A stretch of DNA of 64,000 nucleotides from an uncultured Verrucomicrobiae bacterium (GCA_963769025.1 CAVYKI010000009.1:896001-960000); one strand, 5' to 3'. Shown: positions 11,482 through 22,268, counted from the stretch's first letter. The notes: generated by a model from the letters alone, not told the origin. Numbers and translations: made by a program.

Positions 11482-12897
11482 ATGAACGGACATTCGCCCG
11501 AGGCAGCGCCGGTGGCGGCGCTCACGCCTACGCCCGCGCCGGCCGCCGAGCCGCCGCCGGTCGCAACCGGCATCGGCGATTTGCGGTCGCCGGTCTTTTC
11601 CGCGCCGAGGATCCCGATCGACGAACTCCTGCGCACAATGCTCGCGCAGGGCGAAGGCGTGAGCGATCTGTTCTTCATCGTGGGCCGCGCGCCGCAGGTG
11701 GAGAATTTCGGCAAGCTGATGCCGGTGGAAGGCACCCAGTTCTCGCCGGTATTCACCGCGCAGCAGACCGAGGGGCTCGCGCATTGGATCGTCGGCTCGC
11801 AGCAGCGCCTTCTGGATGATTTGCGCAATACCGGCTCGTGCGACTGCAGCTACGCGCTCGGCGACACCGCGCGCTTCCGCGTGAATGTATTCAAGCAGAA
11901 GGGCAGCTTCGCCATGGTGCTGCGCAAGCTGAACACGCGCATCCCGACGATGGAGGACCTGAACCTCCCGCCGGTCTTCAAGCGGATCATCACGGAAAAG
12001 ACGGGCCTCATTTTCGTGACCGGCGCGACCGGCAGCGGCAAGACGACGACGCTCGCCGCGATGCTGAACGGACTGAACGAGAGCCACCCGATGCACATCG
12101 TGACGCTGGAGGATCCGGTGGAATTCATGCATCCGCACAAGGCGGCGACCTTTTGCCAGCGCGAGATGGGCAAGGATTTTTCCAGCTTCGCGATGGGCCT
12201 GCGCGCGGCGCTGCGGCAGGCGCCGAAGGTGATCCTCGTCGGCGAAATCCGCGACCGCGAGACGATGGAAATCGCGCTGACGGCGGCGGAGACGGGACAC
12301 GTCGTTTTTTCCACGCTCCACACGATCAGCGCCGCGCAGTCCATCAACCGCGTGCTCGGCATGTTCAGCAAGGAGGAGGAGTCGCAGGTGCGCGAACGTC
12401 TCGGCGAGACGCTGCGCTGGGTGGTGAGCCAGCGCCTCGCACCGAAGATCGGCGGCGGGCGCGTGATGATCCCGGAAATCATGGGCAGCAACATGCGTTC
12501 GCGGGAGGCGATCCAACTCGGTGAGAGCGAAGTGCGGAACCTGAATGACATCATCACCCAGTCGCGGCAGGACGGCTGGTGCACTTTCGAGCAGACGCTC
12601 TGCGAGGCCATGGCGGAGAACAAGATCACCGAGGAGACGGCGATGCTGCTCTCGGTGAACAAGACCAGCATGCGCCAGATGATGGATCGCCTGAAAAAAT
12701 CCCTCGGCAAGGACGACGCCGGCGCGCATTCGTTCAAACTCAAGGAGACGGACGAGCATGTGAAGAAGAGCCCATCGATGGGCCAACACGGGAGCCTTCC
12801 TCCTGGCCCTCCGGTGCAACTGCGCGGCGCTACGCCCCCCCCTACGGCACCCGCACCGAAGCTGGCAGTGCCCACGACTCTTAAGCTGCAAGGCTGA
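11482..12897 (+). CDS. pilT: PilT/PilU-family type IV pilus retraction ATPase
   Basis: RFRVNVF, Walker A GATGSGKT, EDPVE, LRAALRQAPKVILVGEIRD, AAETGHVVFSTLHT. Confidence 0.88.
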   Translation: MNGHSPEAAPVAALTPTPAPAAEPPPVATGIGDLRSPVFSAPRIPIDELLRTMLAQGEGVSDLFFIVGRAPQVENFGKLMPVEGTQFSPVFTAQQTEGLAHWIVGSQQRLLDDLRNTGSCDCSYALGDTARFRVNVFKQKGSFAMVLRKLNTRIPTMEDLNLPPVFKRIITEKTGLIFVTGATGSGKTTTLAAMLNGLNESHPMHIVTLEDPVEFMHPHKAATFCQREMGKDFSSFAMGLRAALRQAPKVILVGEIRDRETMEIALTAAETGHVVFSTLHTISAAQSINRVLGMFSKEEESQVRERLGETLRWVVSQRLAPKIGGGRVMIPEIMGSNMRSREAIQLGESEVRNLNDIITQSRQDGWCTFEQTLCEAMAENKITEETAMLLSVNKTSMRQMMDRLKKSLGKDDAGAHSFKLKETDEHVKKSPSMGQHGSLPPGPPVQLRGATPPPTAPAPKLAVPTTLKLQG

Positions 12898-12958
12898 TCA
12901 GGCACTCCCGCGCTCAAAGTCGCTGACACGCACCGCCGGGCTGTGGCAGAAGCCCGGT

Positions 12959-13894
12959 GTGCTTGCCGCTTTTCTTCACTCATTCGGGCCATTCGTTTTT
13001 CGCATCGGGGATTTCGGACCGCGATGGTACGGCCTCTCGTACGTCGCATCCGCGCTCGTCGCCTTTTGGCTCTACCGGCGCCTTACCGTTCGCGGCTACG
13101 CGGACATGCCCCCGGAAAGGGTCGCGGACTTCATCACATGGACGGGCCTCTTCGGCGTGCTGCTCGGCGGACGCATCGGGTGGATCCTTTTCTATGGCAT
13201 CAAGGAGCCACACGACACGCCATGGTGGATGCTCGAGGTGTGGAAAGGCGGCATGTCGAGCCACGGCGGGATCCTCGGAATCGTGCTGGTGACATACGTG
13301 CTCTCGCGGCGGTGGAAAGTCTCGTGGACGAGCATCGGTGACACGCTTTGCGTCGTAGCCACGATCGGGCTGTTCCTCGTGCGCTGCGCGAATTTCATCA
13401 ACGGTGAGCTGATCGGAAAACCCGCCGAAGTCGCGTGGGCCGTGCAGTTCCCCCGCGAGCTGCTCGACACTCCGGTCGGCAGGGAGGAAATCGGGCCGAA
13501 GGTGATGGATGCCCTTGGCCGTCCGGTAGGCGAGATCGTCGAATCCATCCCTCGGGACGCGGAAACCAACCGGGTGCTGCGCGAGTTCCTCACCCCGCGC
13601 CATCCCTCGCAGCTCTACGAAGCACTGCTTGAGGGCGCGCTGCTCTTCTCCGTCCTCTGGTTCATGCGCACGCGCTGCCGCGTTCCTCGTGGCGTGCTCA
13701 CTGGTTCATTCTTCATCCTCTACGCCACCGGCCGGATCGTCAGCGAGATGTACCGCGAGCCCGATCCCGCCTGGGCGGTCGGCTCGTTTTCCGCGGGCCA
13801 GTTTCTCTCGCTGTTCATGTATGGGATAGGCACGGCGTTCCTCCTGTGGGGACTCAGCACGCGGCACTACGAGAAGGCCGATCGGCGCGATTGA
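12959..13894 (+). CDS. lgt: Prolipoprotein diacylglyceryl transferase
   Basis: RWYG, LGGRIG, GGMSSHGG, ANFINGELIG, HPSQLYE. Confidence 0.96.
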   Translation: MLAAFLHSFGPFVFRIGDFGPRWYGLSYVASALVAFWLYRRLTVRGYADMPPERVADFITWTGLFGVLLGGRIGWILFYGIKEPHDTPWWMLEVWKGGMSSHGGILGIVLVTYVLSRRWKVSWTSIGDTLCVVATIGLFLVRCANFINGELIGKPAEVAWAVQFPRELLDTPVGREEIGPKVMDALGRPVGEIVESIPRDAETNRVLREFLTPRHPSQLYEALLEGALLFSVLWFMRTRCRVPRGVLTGSFFILYATGRIVSEMYREPDPAWAVGSFSAGQFLSLFMYGIGTAFLLWGLSTRHYEKADRRD

Positions 13895-13910
13895 CGCTGC
13901 GCGAAATCCC

Positions 13911-14507
13911 ATGGCCGTCGCTGCAGATTTCACCGCCGTCACGCCCTCGCTCTTCGCATGGCAGGCGTTTGAGCCGTCGGTGAATTGCGACCTTTCCTCC
14001 TGCGCGCTCGATACTGCCGACGGACTCGTGTTCATCGATCCGATCGACCTCGCCGATGCCGCGCTTGCCCGTCTGCTGCAAGGACGGAAGCCGGCGGCCA
14101 TCATCCTCACCAATGGCAACCACTCACGGGCCGCCGGAACGCTTCGCGACAGGCTCGGCGCAAAGGTGCTTGCTTCGATCGATGCGAGCGGGCTCGACCT
14201 TATCCCCGATGCGACCCTCGCCGCTGGAGAAATCACCCCCGGTGGCATGGAAGTCGTCCCGGTACCCGGAGCCGGTCCCGGCGAAATCGCGCTCGTCGGC
14301 CATGGGATCGCGTGCATCGGGGATGCGCTGATTCATCTGCCGCCGGAAGGGCTCCGCCTGCTGCCGGCAAAATACTGTGCGGATACCGGCCAAATGCGCC
14401 ATTCGCTGAGAAAACTGTTGTCATACCAGTTCCAAGTCATGACTTTCGCGCACGGTGCTCCCCTCGTCGGACCGGTGCACCGGCACCTCGAAGAACTACT
14501 CGCATGA
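13911..14507 (+). CDS. Metallo-beta-lactamase-fold protein with a degenerate metal motif
   Basis: VFIDP, IILTNGNHSR, PGEIAL, GDAL, FAHG layout typical of the MBL fold. Confidence 0.7.
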   Translation: MAVAADFTAVTPSLFAWQAFEPSVNCDLSSCALDTADGLVFIDPIDLADAALARLLQGRKPAAIILTNGNHSRAAGTLRDRLGAKVLASIDASGLDLIPDATLAAGEITPGGMEVVPVPGAGPGEIALVGHGIACIGDALIHLPPEGLRLLPAKYCADTGQMRHSLRKLLSYQFQVMTFAHGAPLVGPVHRHLEELLA

Positions 14508-15013
14508 AACACACACTGGCACTCCTCCTCACGTGCGCGCTCGGCGCGACGGCATTTTCACAGCCCCCCGCCGTGCCCGCAGTGCCAGCCGTGCCCACGG
14601 TCGAGACGGCTGTCCCCGTGGAACCGGAGGCCGATGGCCCGGACAAGATCATCGCGCGCTTTTTCTCCTACCTCCAACGCAAGGAAGTGGACCAAGCTTA
14701 TGACCAGCTCACGCGCGGCACCAAAATCGCCGAACGCGCCGAGGACGTGAAGACGCTGAAGTCGAAAACCAAGGAAGCCATCACGGTCTTCGGCCCGATT
14801 CTCGGCTACGATTCCGTGCTGAAGAAAAATGTCGGCTCCCGCCTCGTGAGCTACACTCTGCTTTCACTCGGGAAGGAATTCCCCCTCCGGTGGCGCTTCT
14901 ATTTCTACAAGCCGCAGGACGCGTGGAAGCTGATCGACTTGCGCGTGGACGACCGGCTCGCGGCGATGTTCGACGAGACGGAGGAAGTGCGCCCCCGCGA
15001 ACCGCAGCAGTAG
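14504..15013 (+). CDS. Exported hypothetical protein
   Basis: Signal peptide MKHTLALLLTCALGATAFS, PAVPAVPAVP linker, FPLRWRFYFYKP..WKL; ATGA overlap with the upstream gene. Confidence 0.75.
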   Translation: MKHTLALLLTCALGATAFSQPPAVPAVPAVPTVETAVPVEPEADGPDKIIARFFSYLQRKEVDQAYDQLTRGTKIAERAEDVKTLKSKTKEAITVFGPILGYDSVLKKNVGSRLVSYTLLSLGKEFPLRWRFYFYKPQDAWKLIDLRVDDRLAAMFDETEEVRPREPQQ

Positions 15014-15856
15014 ATGCTGTCCGACGCGCTCCGGTTCATCCGGTTTTCGCACACGGTTTTCGCGCTTCCCTTTGCGCTCGGCTCGATGGTTGTCGCCGCC
15101 GGGGGATTTCCCGGATGGAAAATCTGCGCGCTGATTTTGCTCGCGATGGTCTTCGCGCGGACGGCTGCGATGGTTTTCAACCGGCTGGTGGATTGGGAAA
15201 TCGACCGCCGCAATCCCCGCACAGCAGCGCGGCACAAATTGCTCCCCAAGCCGGCCGCCTTCGCGCTCCTCGCCATTTGCACCGCCGGATTCGTGCTCAC
15301 GACATGGTTCATCAATCCCCTGTGCTTCTGGCTCTCCCCGGTCGCCATCGCCATCATCTTTCTCTATTCGCTCACGAAGCGTTTCACGCACTGGAGCCAC
15401 TTCTTTCTCGGGCTCGCCCTCTCGGTGGCGCCCGTCGGCGCGTGGCTGGCGGTGCGCGGACACTTTGAACTCGCGCCGCTGGCCCTCGCGCTCGCGGTGC
15501 TGCTCTGGGTCGCGGGGTTCGACATCATCTACGCCACGCAGGATCACGAGTTCGACCGTGCTGAGGGATTGCATTCGCTCGTCGTGAAGCTCGGCATCGC
15601 CCGCAGCCTGCTTGTCGCCTCCGCGCTGCACTGGCTCATGCTGGCCGGGCTTGCGGGGTTCGGGTGGCTGGCCTCGATGGGCCGCGTGTACTTCGGCAGC
15701 CTCGTATTGGTCGCGGCGGCGCTCATCTACGAGCAGCGCAGCGCGCGCCGGCTGGATGTCCAGGGCATCAACCGCGCCTTCTTTCAGAGCAATGCATTTG
15801 TCAGCGTGGTCTTCGTCGCAGCCGTCATCCTCGATGTGGCGCTGCGCTCGCGCTGA
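15014..15856 (+). CDS. UbiA-family prenyltransferase (MqnP-like)
   Basis: IRFSHTVFALPFA, FNRLVDWEIDRRNPRTAAR, GFDIIYATQDHEFD. Confidence 0.9.
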   Translation: MLSDALRFIRFSHTVFALPFALGSMVVAAGGFPGWKICALILLAMVFARTAAMVFNRLVDWEIDRRNPRTAARHKLLPKPAAFALLAICTAGFVLTTWFINPLCFWLSPVAIAIIFLYSLTKRFTHWSHFFLGLALSVAPVGAWLAVRGHFELAPLALALAVLLWVAGFDIIYATQDHEFDRAEGLHSLVVKLGIARSLLVASALHWLMLAGLAGFGWLASMGRVYFGSLVLVAAALIYEQRSARRLDVQGINRAFFQSNAFVSVVFVAAVILDVALRSR

Positions 15857-15862
15857 AAGGGA

Positions 15863-16780
15863 TCACCGCCGCAGCGACACCCACAGCGTCCGCGCACCGT
15901 GACCGGCAGGGAAATCCGCCGGCTGCGCTTCGCGATGCAGGTCGCCGGCGCGCCGGTGGAATTTCAGCGCAAAGCGGGCGACACGCTCGAGATCGCTGTG
16001 CTGGAGCTTCGTGCAGTTCGTGGAAATGAGCATCCGTGAAACCGGCGCGGCCAGTTCCATTGCGGCCACGACCAAGTCTTCCAGGTCCTTCTCGACCTGC
16101 CAGCGGCGACCCTTGTTTCCCTTCGCAAACGTCGGCGGATCGAGGACGATGGCATCGAATTTCTCCCCTTGCCGCGCAAGCCGCGGCAACACCTCCAGCA
16201 CGTCGTCTGCGATGAACCGATGCCCCGCACCCGCATCCAGCCCGTTCAGCGCAAAATTCGCCCGGCCGCGCTCGATGGATTTTTTCGAAAGATCGATGCT
16301 CACCGTGGCCGCTCCCGCCAGCGCCGCGACCACGCTGAACGAGCACGTGTATGCAAATGTGTTGAGCAGGCGCGCAGGCGCCGCATTGCGGAGGAAGGCG
16401 CGGTTCGTCCGCTGATCGAGAAACAGGCCGGCGGAATATCCCGCCGCGAAATCCAGCCCGTAACGGACGCCATTCTCACGAACCTCGCCGGTGAGCGGCA
16501 GCGTCGCGTCGCCGCTCAGGAGCACGGGTGCGTCGCGATCCTCATTTTGCCGCGGGAGCAGCTTCGCGAAAATGCGGCGCGGCTGCCATCCATTCGCCAA
16601 CCCCCACTCGGCAAGTTCTTCGCTCATCACATCGGGCGCCACGGGGGTCCTGTGGGAAATGAGCGCGTCGTCCGCGAGGCGCTCGACCCATCCGTCCGCA
16701 CCCGAGAAGAGCCGGTGTGCATCCGTTTCCGCCGCCCCGAATGCGGCGGCCTGCGCAGTTGTGATCCATCCCCGGTTCAT
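15863..16780 (-). CDS. Class I SAM-dependent RNA methyltransferase (RlmI/RlmK-like)
   Basis: GLFLDQRTNR, LNTFAYTCSFS, DLS, LDPPTF. Confidence 0.88.
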   Translation of the reverse strand: MNRGWITTAQAAAFGAAETDAHRLFSGADGWVERLADDALISHRTPVAPDVMSEELAEWGLANGWQPRRIFAKLLPRQNEDRDAPVLLSGDATLPLTGEVRENGVRYGLDFAAGYSAGLFLDQRTNRAFLRNAAPARLLNTFAYTCSFSVVAALAGAATVSIDLSKKSIERGRANFALNGLDAGAGHRFIADDVLEVLPRLARQGEKFDAIVLDPPTFAKGNKGRRWQVEKDLEDLVVAAMELAAPVSRMLISTNCTKLQHSDLERVARFALKFHRRAGDLHREAQPADFPAGHGARTLWVSLRR

Positions 16781-17451
16781 GGCGTGGGCTTCGGCGGCGA
16801 GAATACAAACCGCGCGTAAAGGTAAGCGATCACCTCATCGAGCACGCTGCGAAAACCGCTGCTGCTGGCCCACCACCGTTTGGAATCGAAGCTCATCTCA
16901 TCAACGTTGCTGATGCCGACCCGCACCCCGAGCGCCTTTTCGTAAAGCAGCCGCGTCCGCCGCGAATGCGCGCCATTGCCGGCGATGTTGATTTTGGAAT
17001 CCATAGCGCCGTGATCCCGGAGCCATTGCCGGAGCGCCAGCGCCGAGGCGTAGCTCCGATCGCGGTCAACAGCCGGGGCCGGAATCGCGGTGAGGGCCTC
17101 GGACGGCACGCCGAGCTCCATGCACATGGCCCTTGCGTACTCCGCATACGTCTTGTGCTCCCGCAATGCGTTGCCGAATTCAATCGGTCCGCCCGTCAGG
17201 CAGATGCGCTCGTATTGCGCCCGGCGAAACTCCTCCGCGGCGGCCTCGATGACGTAATCCGGCGACCATCCCTCAACGACGAGAATGCCTCCGGGGAGCG
17301 GTTCGTTGATGGCGAGGAAGCCGTAGAGATTCCGGACCACCAACGTCCCCGCCACGCCGAACACGAGGAGCAGGACCAGCCAGCCCCGCCATGTCGGCAC
17401 GATGCACTGCCGCTGTCGCAGCAGGCCGAGATATGGCGTTCGGGTGTTCAT
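16777..17451 (-). CDS. YdcF/DUF218-family protein
   Basis: N-terminal TM helix, VVEGW, TGGP, HSRR, EVIAYLY. Confidence 0.75.
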   Translation of the reverse strand: MNTRTPYLGLLRQRQCIVPTWRGWLVLLLVFGVAGTLVVRNLYGFLAINEPLPGGILVVEGWSPDYVIEAAAEEFRRAQYERICLTGGPIEFGNALREHKTYAEYARAMCMELGVPSEALTAIPAPAVDRDRSYASALALRQWLRDHGAMDSKINIAGNGAHSRRTRLLYEKALGVRVGISNVDEMSFDSKRWWASSSGFRSVLDEVIAYLYARFVFSPPKPTP

Positions 17452-17665
17452 TCGCGCGGCACTGTCGGGATTCAGTGCGACGCGATGCAAGGGGGAAATC
17501 TGACGCCTTCGCCGCGTGAAAGCTCATTGGCGACTGATGGGAGGTCCTTCGATTTTCCGTCAACTGTTCGACATCGCAAAACCAGCCACAGTTCGCCAGT
17601 CACTGCATCGGACCACGCGCACCTCCCAGCTTCACATCCCCGGTCAGAGCCGTTAAAGCCACGCC

Positions 17666-19609
17666 ATGAAATTCCTCCTCGCCCTCCTGCTCCCCATCAC
17701 GCTCGTCGCACAGGAAGTCCGCCCCGTTCCGCCGCCGGGAATCGAGATCCCGGCGGCAGACCGCGCGGAGATCGAGGCGGGCGTGAAGAAGCTCGGCGAG
17801 GAAATCGCAAAGCTGCGTAAACTCGCGAAGCAGAACCCGCAGATCGAACGCGAACTCCCGAACGTGGAAATCTTTCACAAGTCCCCCGACTGGGCACTGC
17901 GCTACGGCGAGATCTTCGACACGAAGCAAATCGCCACCGCGAAGGATCACGTTCTCCAAGGCCTCGACCGCGCCGCCGCGCTGGCGAAAGGCGAGACGCC
18001 TTGGAATTCCGCCACCGGCCTCGTCGCGCGCGGCTACCGGTCGAAAATCGACGGCTCCGTGCAGCCGTACGGCCTGCTCGTGCCGGACACGTTCAAGGCC
18101 GGCACGAAGCAGACCCCCTTCCCGCTCAACTTCTGGTGCCACGGTCGCGGCGAGAAGAACACCGAACTGCCATTCATCAACGGCACGCAGAACAGCAAGG
18201 GCGAGTTCGCGCCCGAGGGGCAGTTCACCTGCTACCTTTTCGGCCGCTACTGCTGCGCAAATAAATTCGCCGGCGAGATGGATCTCTTCGAGGCGCTCGA
18301 CGACATCGAGGCGCACTACCCGATTGACAGGCAGCGCCTCGTCATCCGCGGCTTCAGCATGGGCGGCGCGGCGTGCTGGCAGTTTGCGTTTCACTTTCCC
18401 GGAATGTGGGCCGCTGCGGCACCCGGCGCGGGCTTCGCGGAGACGGAGGAATTCTTCGGCCGTACGCTTTACGCGGAAGGCGCCACGCCGCCGCCGTGGT
18501 GGGAGCGCCAGCTCTGGCGTTGGTATGATGCCACCATCTGCGCGCGCAACGTCGCCGGCCTGCCCGTCGTCGCCTACTCCGGCGAAAACGACGGGCAAAA
18601 GCAGGCCGCCGACATCATGCTCCGCTACGCCGCGCAGGAGAAACACAGCTTCTCGCACATCATCGGGCCGAATGTGCCGCACAAATATCATCCCGACTCG
18701 AAGCCGGTCATCGAGAAGTTCATCGAGGTCGCGCTCGTGAAAGGCGCGGACCCGGTTCCGAAATCGATAGCCTATACCACCTACTCGCTCATCTATCCGC
18801 GGCGCGCGTGGGTCGAGATTCTCGGCATGGAGAAATCCTGGGAGCGCGCCGATGTGGACGCGGTGATCGAAAAGAACACGCTCACTGTGAAGACGAAGAA
18901 CATCACCGCGCTCCAACTCTCGCCAGGCGAAGCGGCCTTCCCGCCGAAATCCACGCCGAAGCTCATCATCGACGGCACCGAGGTGAACTTGAACGGCGGC
19001 GGAGCCATCGCGGTGAAAATCGACGGCAAGTGGGGATCGGCAAAGGCGCATGCCTCCGGCAAACGCCCGGGCCTCTGCGGGCCGATCGATCATGCCTTCA
19101 TGTCGCGCTTCCTTTTTGTCCGCCCGACCGGCAAGCCGCTCAACGACGCCATCGGCAAATGGACGCAGTCGGAAATGGAGCACGCCATCAAGTCCTGGCG
19201 TGCAGTCTTCCGCGGCGATGCGCCCATCAAGGACGATACCGCCGTGACCGACGACGACATCGCGAACTGCAACCTCATCCTGTGGGGCGACATCTCGTCA
19301 AACGCAGTCCTCAAAAAGCTCTCCGACAAACTCCCCATCGGGTGGGCAAAAGACGGGCTCAACTTCAAAAGCTACCGCCTCGACCCCACCCGCTACGCGC
19401 CCGTGCTCATCTACCCGAACCCGCTCAACCCCTCGCGCTACATCGTGCTGAACAGCGGCCACACCTTCCGCGAATTTGCGCTGCTGAACAACAGCGACCA
19501 GACGCCGAAGCTCCCTGACTGGGCCCTCGTGGACATCACCGTCCCCGCCGACGCCAAATGGCCCGGCCTGATCTACGACGCGGGGTTCTTCGACGGGAAC
19601 TGGAAGTAA
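17666..19609 (+). CDS. Secreted alpha/beta hydrolase (prolyl oligopeptidase/esterase-like)
   Basis: Signal peptide, YRSKIDGSVQPYG, HGRG, nucleophile elbow GFSMGG, GEND, PHKY. Confidence 0.8.
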   Translation: MKFLLALLLPITLVAQEVRPVPPPGIEIPAADRAEIEAGVKKLGEEIAKLRKLAKQNPQIERELPNVEIFHKSPDWALRYGEIFDTKQIATAKDHVLQGLDRAAALAKGETPWNSATGLVARGYRSKIDGSVQPYGLLVPDTFKAGTKQTPFPLNFWCHGRGEKNTELPFINGTQNSKGEFAPEGQFTCYLFGRYCCANKFAGEMDLFEALDDIEAHYPIDRQRLVIRGFSMGGAACWQFAFHFPGMWAAAAPGAGFAETEEFFGRTLYAEGATPPPWWERQLWRWYDATICARNVAGLPVVAYSGENDGQKQAADIMLRYAAQEKHSFSHIIGPNVPHKYHPDSKPVIEKFIEVALVKGADPVPKSIAYTTYSLIYPRRAWVEILGMEKSWERADVDAVIEKNTLTVKTKNITALQLSPGEAAFPPKSTPKLIIDGTEVNLNGGGAIAVKIDGKWGSAKAHASGKRPGLCGPIDHAFMSRFLFVRPTGKPLNDAIGKWTQSEMEHAIKSWRAVFRGDAPIKDDTAVTDDDIANCNLILWGDISSNAVLKKLSDKLPIGWAKDGLNFKSYRLDPTRYAPVLIYPNPLNPSRYIVLNSGHTFREFALLNNSDQTPKLPDWALVDITVPADAKWPGLIYDAGFFDGNWK

Positions 19610-19612
19610 TTC

Positions 19613-19693
19613 GTAGCCGCCGAAGGGACGAGGCGGGCACGCTCATCCAACGGTCGCAATGACACTGGCCCGCCTCCTTCCGTAGTCGGCTAC
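19613..19693. repeat. Degenerate GTAG-family REP inverted pair between convergent genes
   Basis: GTAGCCGCCGAAGGGACGAGGCGGGC (19613-19638) and inverted GTAGCCGACTACGGAAGGAGGCGGGC (19668-19693). Confidence 0.7.
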
Positions 19694-20738
19694 TTCAACT
19701 GCACGACGCCTGCGCCCTTCTCCATCCGGCCGATGACGCGCGCCTTGAGCTTCGCCTTTACAGGGCCGGCGTCTTTTTCTGCCACAACGACCGTCATGCC
19801 GATGCCCATGTTGAAGACCTGATACATCTCCGCGCGGTCCACTTTCCCGCCGCGCTCGATGTGCTGAAAAATCGCCGGGCACTTTCCAGACTCGCGTGTC
19901 GATCACGGCGTCGCAGGTCTTGGGCAGCACGCGCGGGAGATTGTCGACGAGCCCGCCGCCGGTGATGTGCGCGAGGCCCTTCACGAGGCCGTGCGGGAGC
20001 TTCGCGAGCGAGCGGCTGGTAGTTGCGGTGCACGCGCAGCAGTTCGTCGCCGAGCGTGCCTTTCACGCCGGGCGAGCTTGCTCGTGAGCTTCAGGCCCAT
20101 CTGATCGAAGAGGACTTTGCGCGCGAGCGAGTAGCCGTTCGTGTGCAGGCCGTTCGATGCCAGGCCGAGGATCACATCGCCGACGCTGATGCGCGAGCCG
20201 TCGAGCAGCTTCGGGCGATCCACGACGCCGACGATGGTGCCCGCGAGATCGTATTCGCCGCGCTGATACATGCCGGGCATCTGCGCGGTCTCGCCGCCGA
20301 TGAGCGCGCAGCCCGCGGCCTTGCACGCTTTCGCGAAGCCCTTGATGCAGCTGCGTGAAGACGGCGGGCTCGAGCTTTTCCGCGCCGATGTAGTCGAGGA
20401 AGAACAGCGGCCGCGCGCCGATGACGGCGATGTCGTTCACGCAATGATTCACGAGGTCCTGGCCCATCGTGTCGTGCCGGTCCGGTCGCGAAGGCGAGCT
20501 TCAGCTTCGTGCCCACGCCGTCCACGCTGGAGACGAGCACCGGGTCTTTCATCCCGCGGAAATTCGGGCGGAACAGCCCGCCGAATCCGCCGATCTTACC
20601 GAGCACCTCGGGCCCGTGCGTGCCCTTCACGAGCGCCTGGATGCCGCTCTTCACGCGGTTGCCGAGGTCCACATCCACGCCGGCGGCGGCGTAGGCTTTC
20701 TTCGATTTCGGGTTTCTGGATTTCGGAATGCTAGCCAT
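19690..20738 (-). CDS. purM: Phosphoribosylformylglycinamidine cyclo-ligase (frameshifted)
   Basis: [58 protein letters not shown]. Confidence 0.95.
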
Positions 20739-20752
20739 TGCGAAAATGCGGA

Positions 20753-22228
20753 CTAGCTTGAGTTTGTCGAAAAGCTCCGGCTGCGTGCTCGTCTTCGGCG
20801 AGCGAGGTTCTCGCGGTTCGCGCGGCGCTCCATGATGAATTTGTCGCAGCGTCGGGATCGACCGGCACCGGGTAGTCGCCGTTGAAGCACGCGAGGCAGA
20901 AGTTCCTCTTCGGCTGGCCCGTGGCGCGCACCATGCCGGCGACGTCGAGGTAGCCGATGCAGTCCGCGCCGAGGTAGTCGCGGATCTGCCTCGAGCGTGT
21001 GCTGGTTGGCGATGAGCTTTTCCGGATCGGGAAAGTCGATGCCGTAATGGCAGGCGTGCCGGTGCGGCGGGCAGCAGATGCGCATGTGCACTTCCTTCGC
21101 GCCGGCTTCGCGCAGATTCATCACGCGCGCCGGGCGGTGGTGCCGCGCACGATCGAGTCGTCCACGACCACGACGCGTTTCCCGTCCACCATCTCCTTGA
21201 TGAGGTTCAGCTTCACGCGCACGTTGAAATCGCGGATGAGCTGCGTGGGCTGGAGAAAGGTGCGGCCGATGTAGTGATTGCGGACAAAGGCGTGCTCGTA
21301 AGCGGATGCCGAGCTCCTCGGCGAAGCCGAGCGCGGCGTAGTTCCCGCAGTCCGGCACGGGCACGACGATGTCGGCCTCCACGGGATGTCTCGACGGCGA
21401 GTTCGCGTCCCATCTCCGTGCGGACGCGCGCGACGTTGATGTCGCTGATGATCGAGTCGGGCCGCGCGAAATAGACGTACTCGAACATGCAGAACGCGCT
21501 GCGCTCCGTCGTCGAACGGAAACTCGCGAGCGGATGCCATTTTCGTCGATGATGACGACCTCGCCCGGCTCGATCTCGCGGACGAACTCGGCGTGGATCA
21601 GATCGAAGGCGCACGTCTCGCTGGAGAGCACGTACGCGCCTTCGAGCTTGCCGAGCGACGAGCGGGCGGAAGCCGAAGCGGATCGCGCACGCCGATGATT
21701 TCGCGTCTCGCTCATCATCACGAGCGAGAACGCGCCCTGGATGCGGCGCAGCGCGGCGAGCACGCTGCTCGGTCCGGTCGGCTGCGCGAGCAGATGCAGG
21801 ATGATCTCGCTGTCCACCGTCGTCTGGAAAATGGAGCCGCTTCGCCTCGAGCTCGTCGCGCAGCAGGGCGGCGTTGACGAGGTTGCCGTTGTGGCCGATG
21901 GCGATCTGGCCGCGCGCGCAGTCCACCATGAGCGGCTGCGCGTTGGTGAGTGTTGCTCGATGCCGGTCGTCGAGTAGCGCACGTGGCCGATGGCGCGCGT
22001 GCCCTTGAGCCGCTCGAGATCCGCGCGCCTTGAAGACCTGCGAGACGAGACCCATGTCCACATGGCGGATGAACGGCGAATCCGGGCTTCCGCCGCGGTG
22101 ACGATGCCCGCGCTCTCCTGTCCGCGATGCTGCAGGGCGAAGAGACCGTAGTAGGTCAGCATCGCGGCGTTCGGATGGCCGAAGACGGCGAAGACGCCGC
22201 ACTCGTGTTTCGGATGGTAATGGTTCAC
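20753..22228 (-). CDS. purF: Amidophosphoribosyltransferase (many frameshifts)
   Basis: [58 protein letters not shown]. Confidence 0.95.
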   Translation of the reverse strand: MNHYHPKHECGVFAVFGHPNAAMLTYYGLFALQHRGQESAGIVTAAEARIRRSSAMWTWVSSRRSSRRADLERLKGTRAIGHVRYSTTGIEQHSPTRSRSWWTARAARSPSATTATSSTPPCCATSSRRSGSIFQTTVDSEIILHLLAQPTGPSSVLAALRRIQGAFSLVMMSETRNHRRARSASASARSSLGKLEGAYVLSSETCAFDLIHAEFVREIEPGEVVIIDENGIRSRVSVRRRSAARSACSSTSISRGPTRSSATSTSRASARRWDANSPSRHPVEADIVVPVPDCGNYAALGFAEELGIRLRARLCPQSLHRPHLSPAHAAHPRFQRAREAEPHQGDGGRETRRGRGRLDRARHHRPARVMNLREAGAKEVHMRICCPPHRHACHYGIDFPDPEKLIANQHTLEADPRLPRRGLHRLPRRRRHGARHGPAEEELLPRVLQRRLPGAGRSRRCDKFIMERRANRENLARRRRARSRSFSTNSS

Positions 22229-22268
22229 GCGAGGCAGGCGGCGGAGATACGGGGCAACGCTGTGCGCG

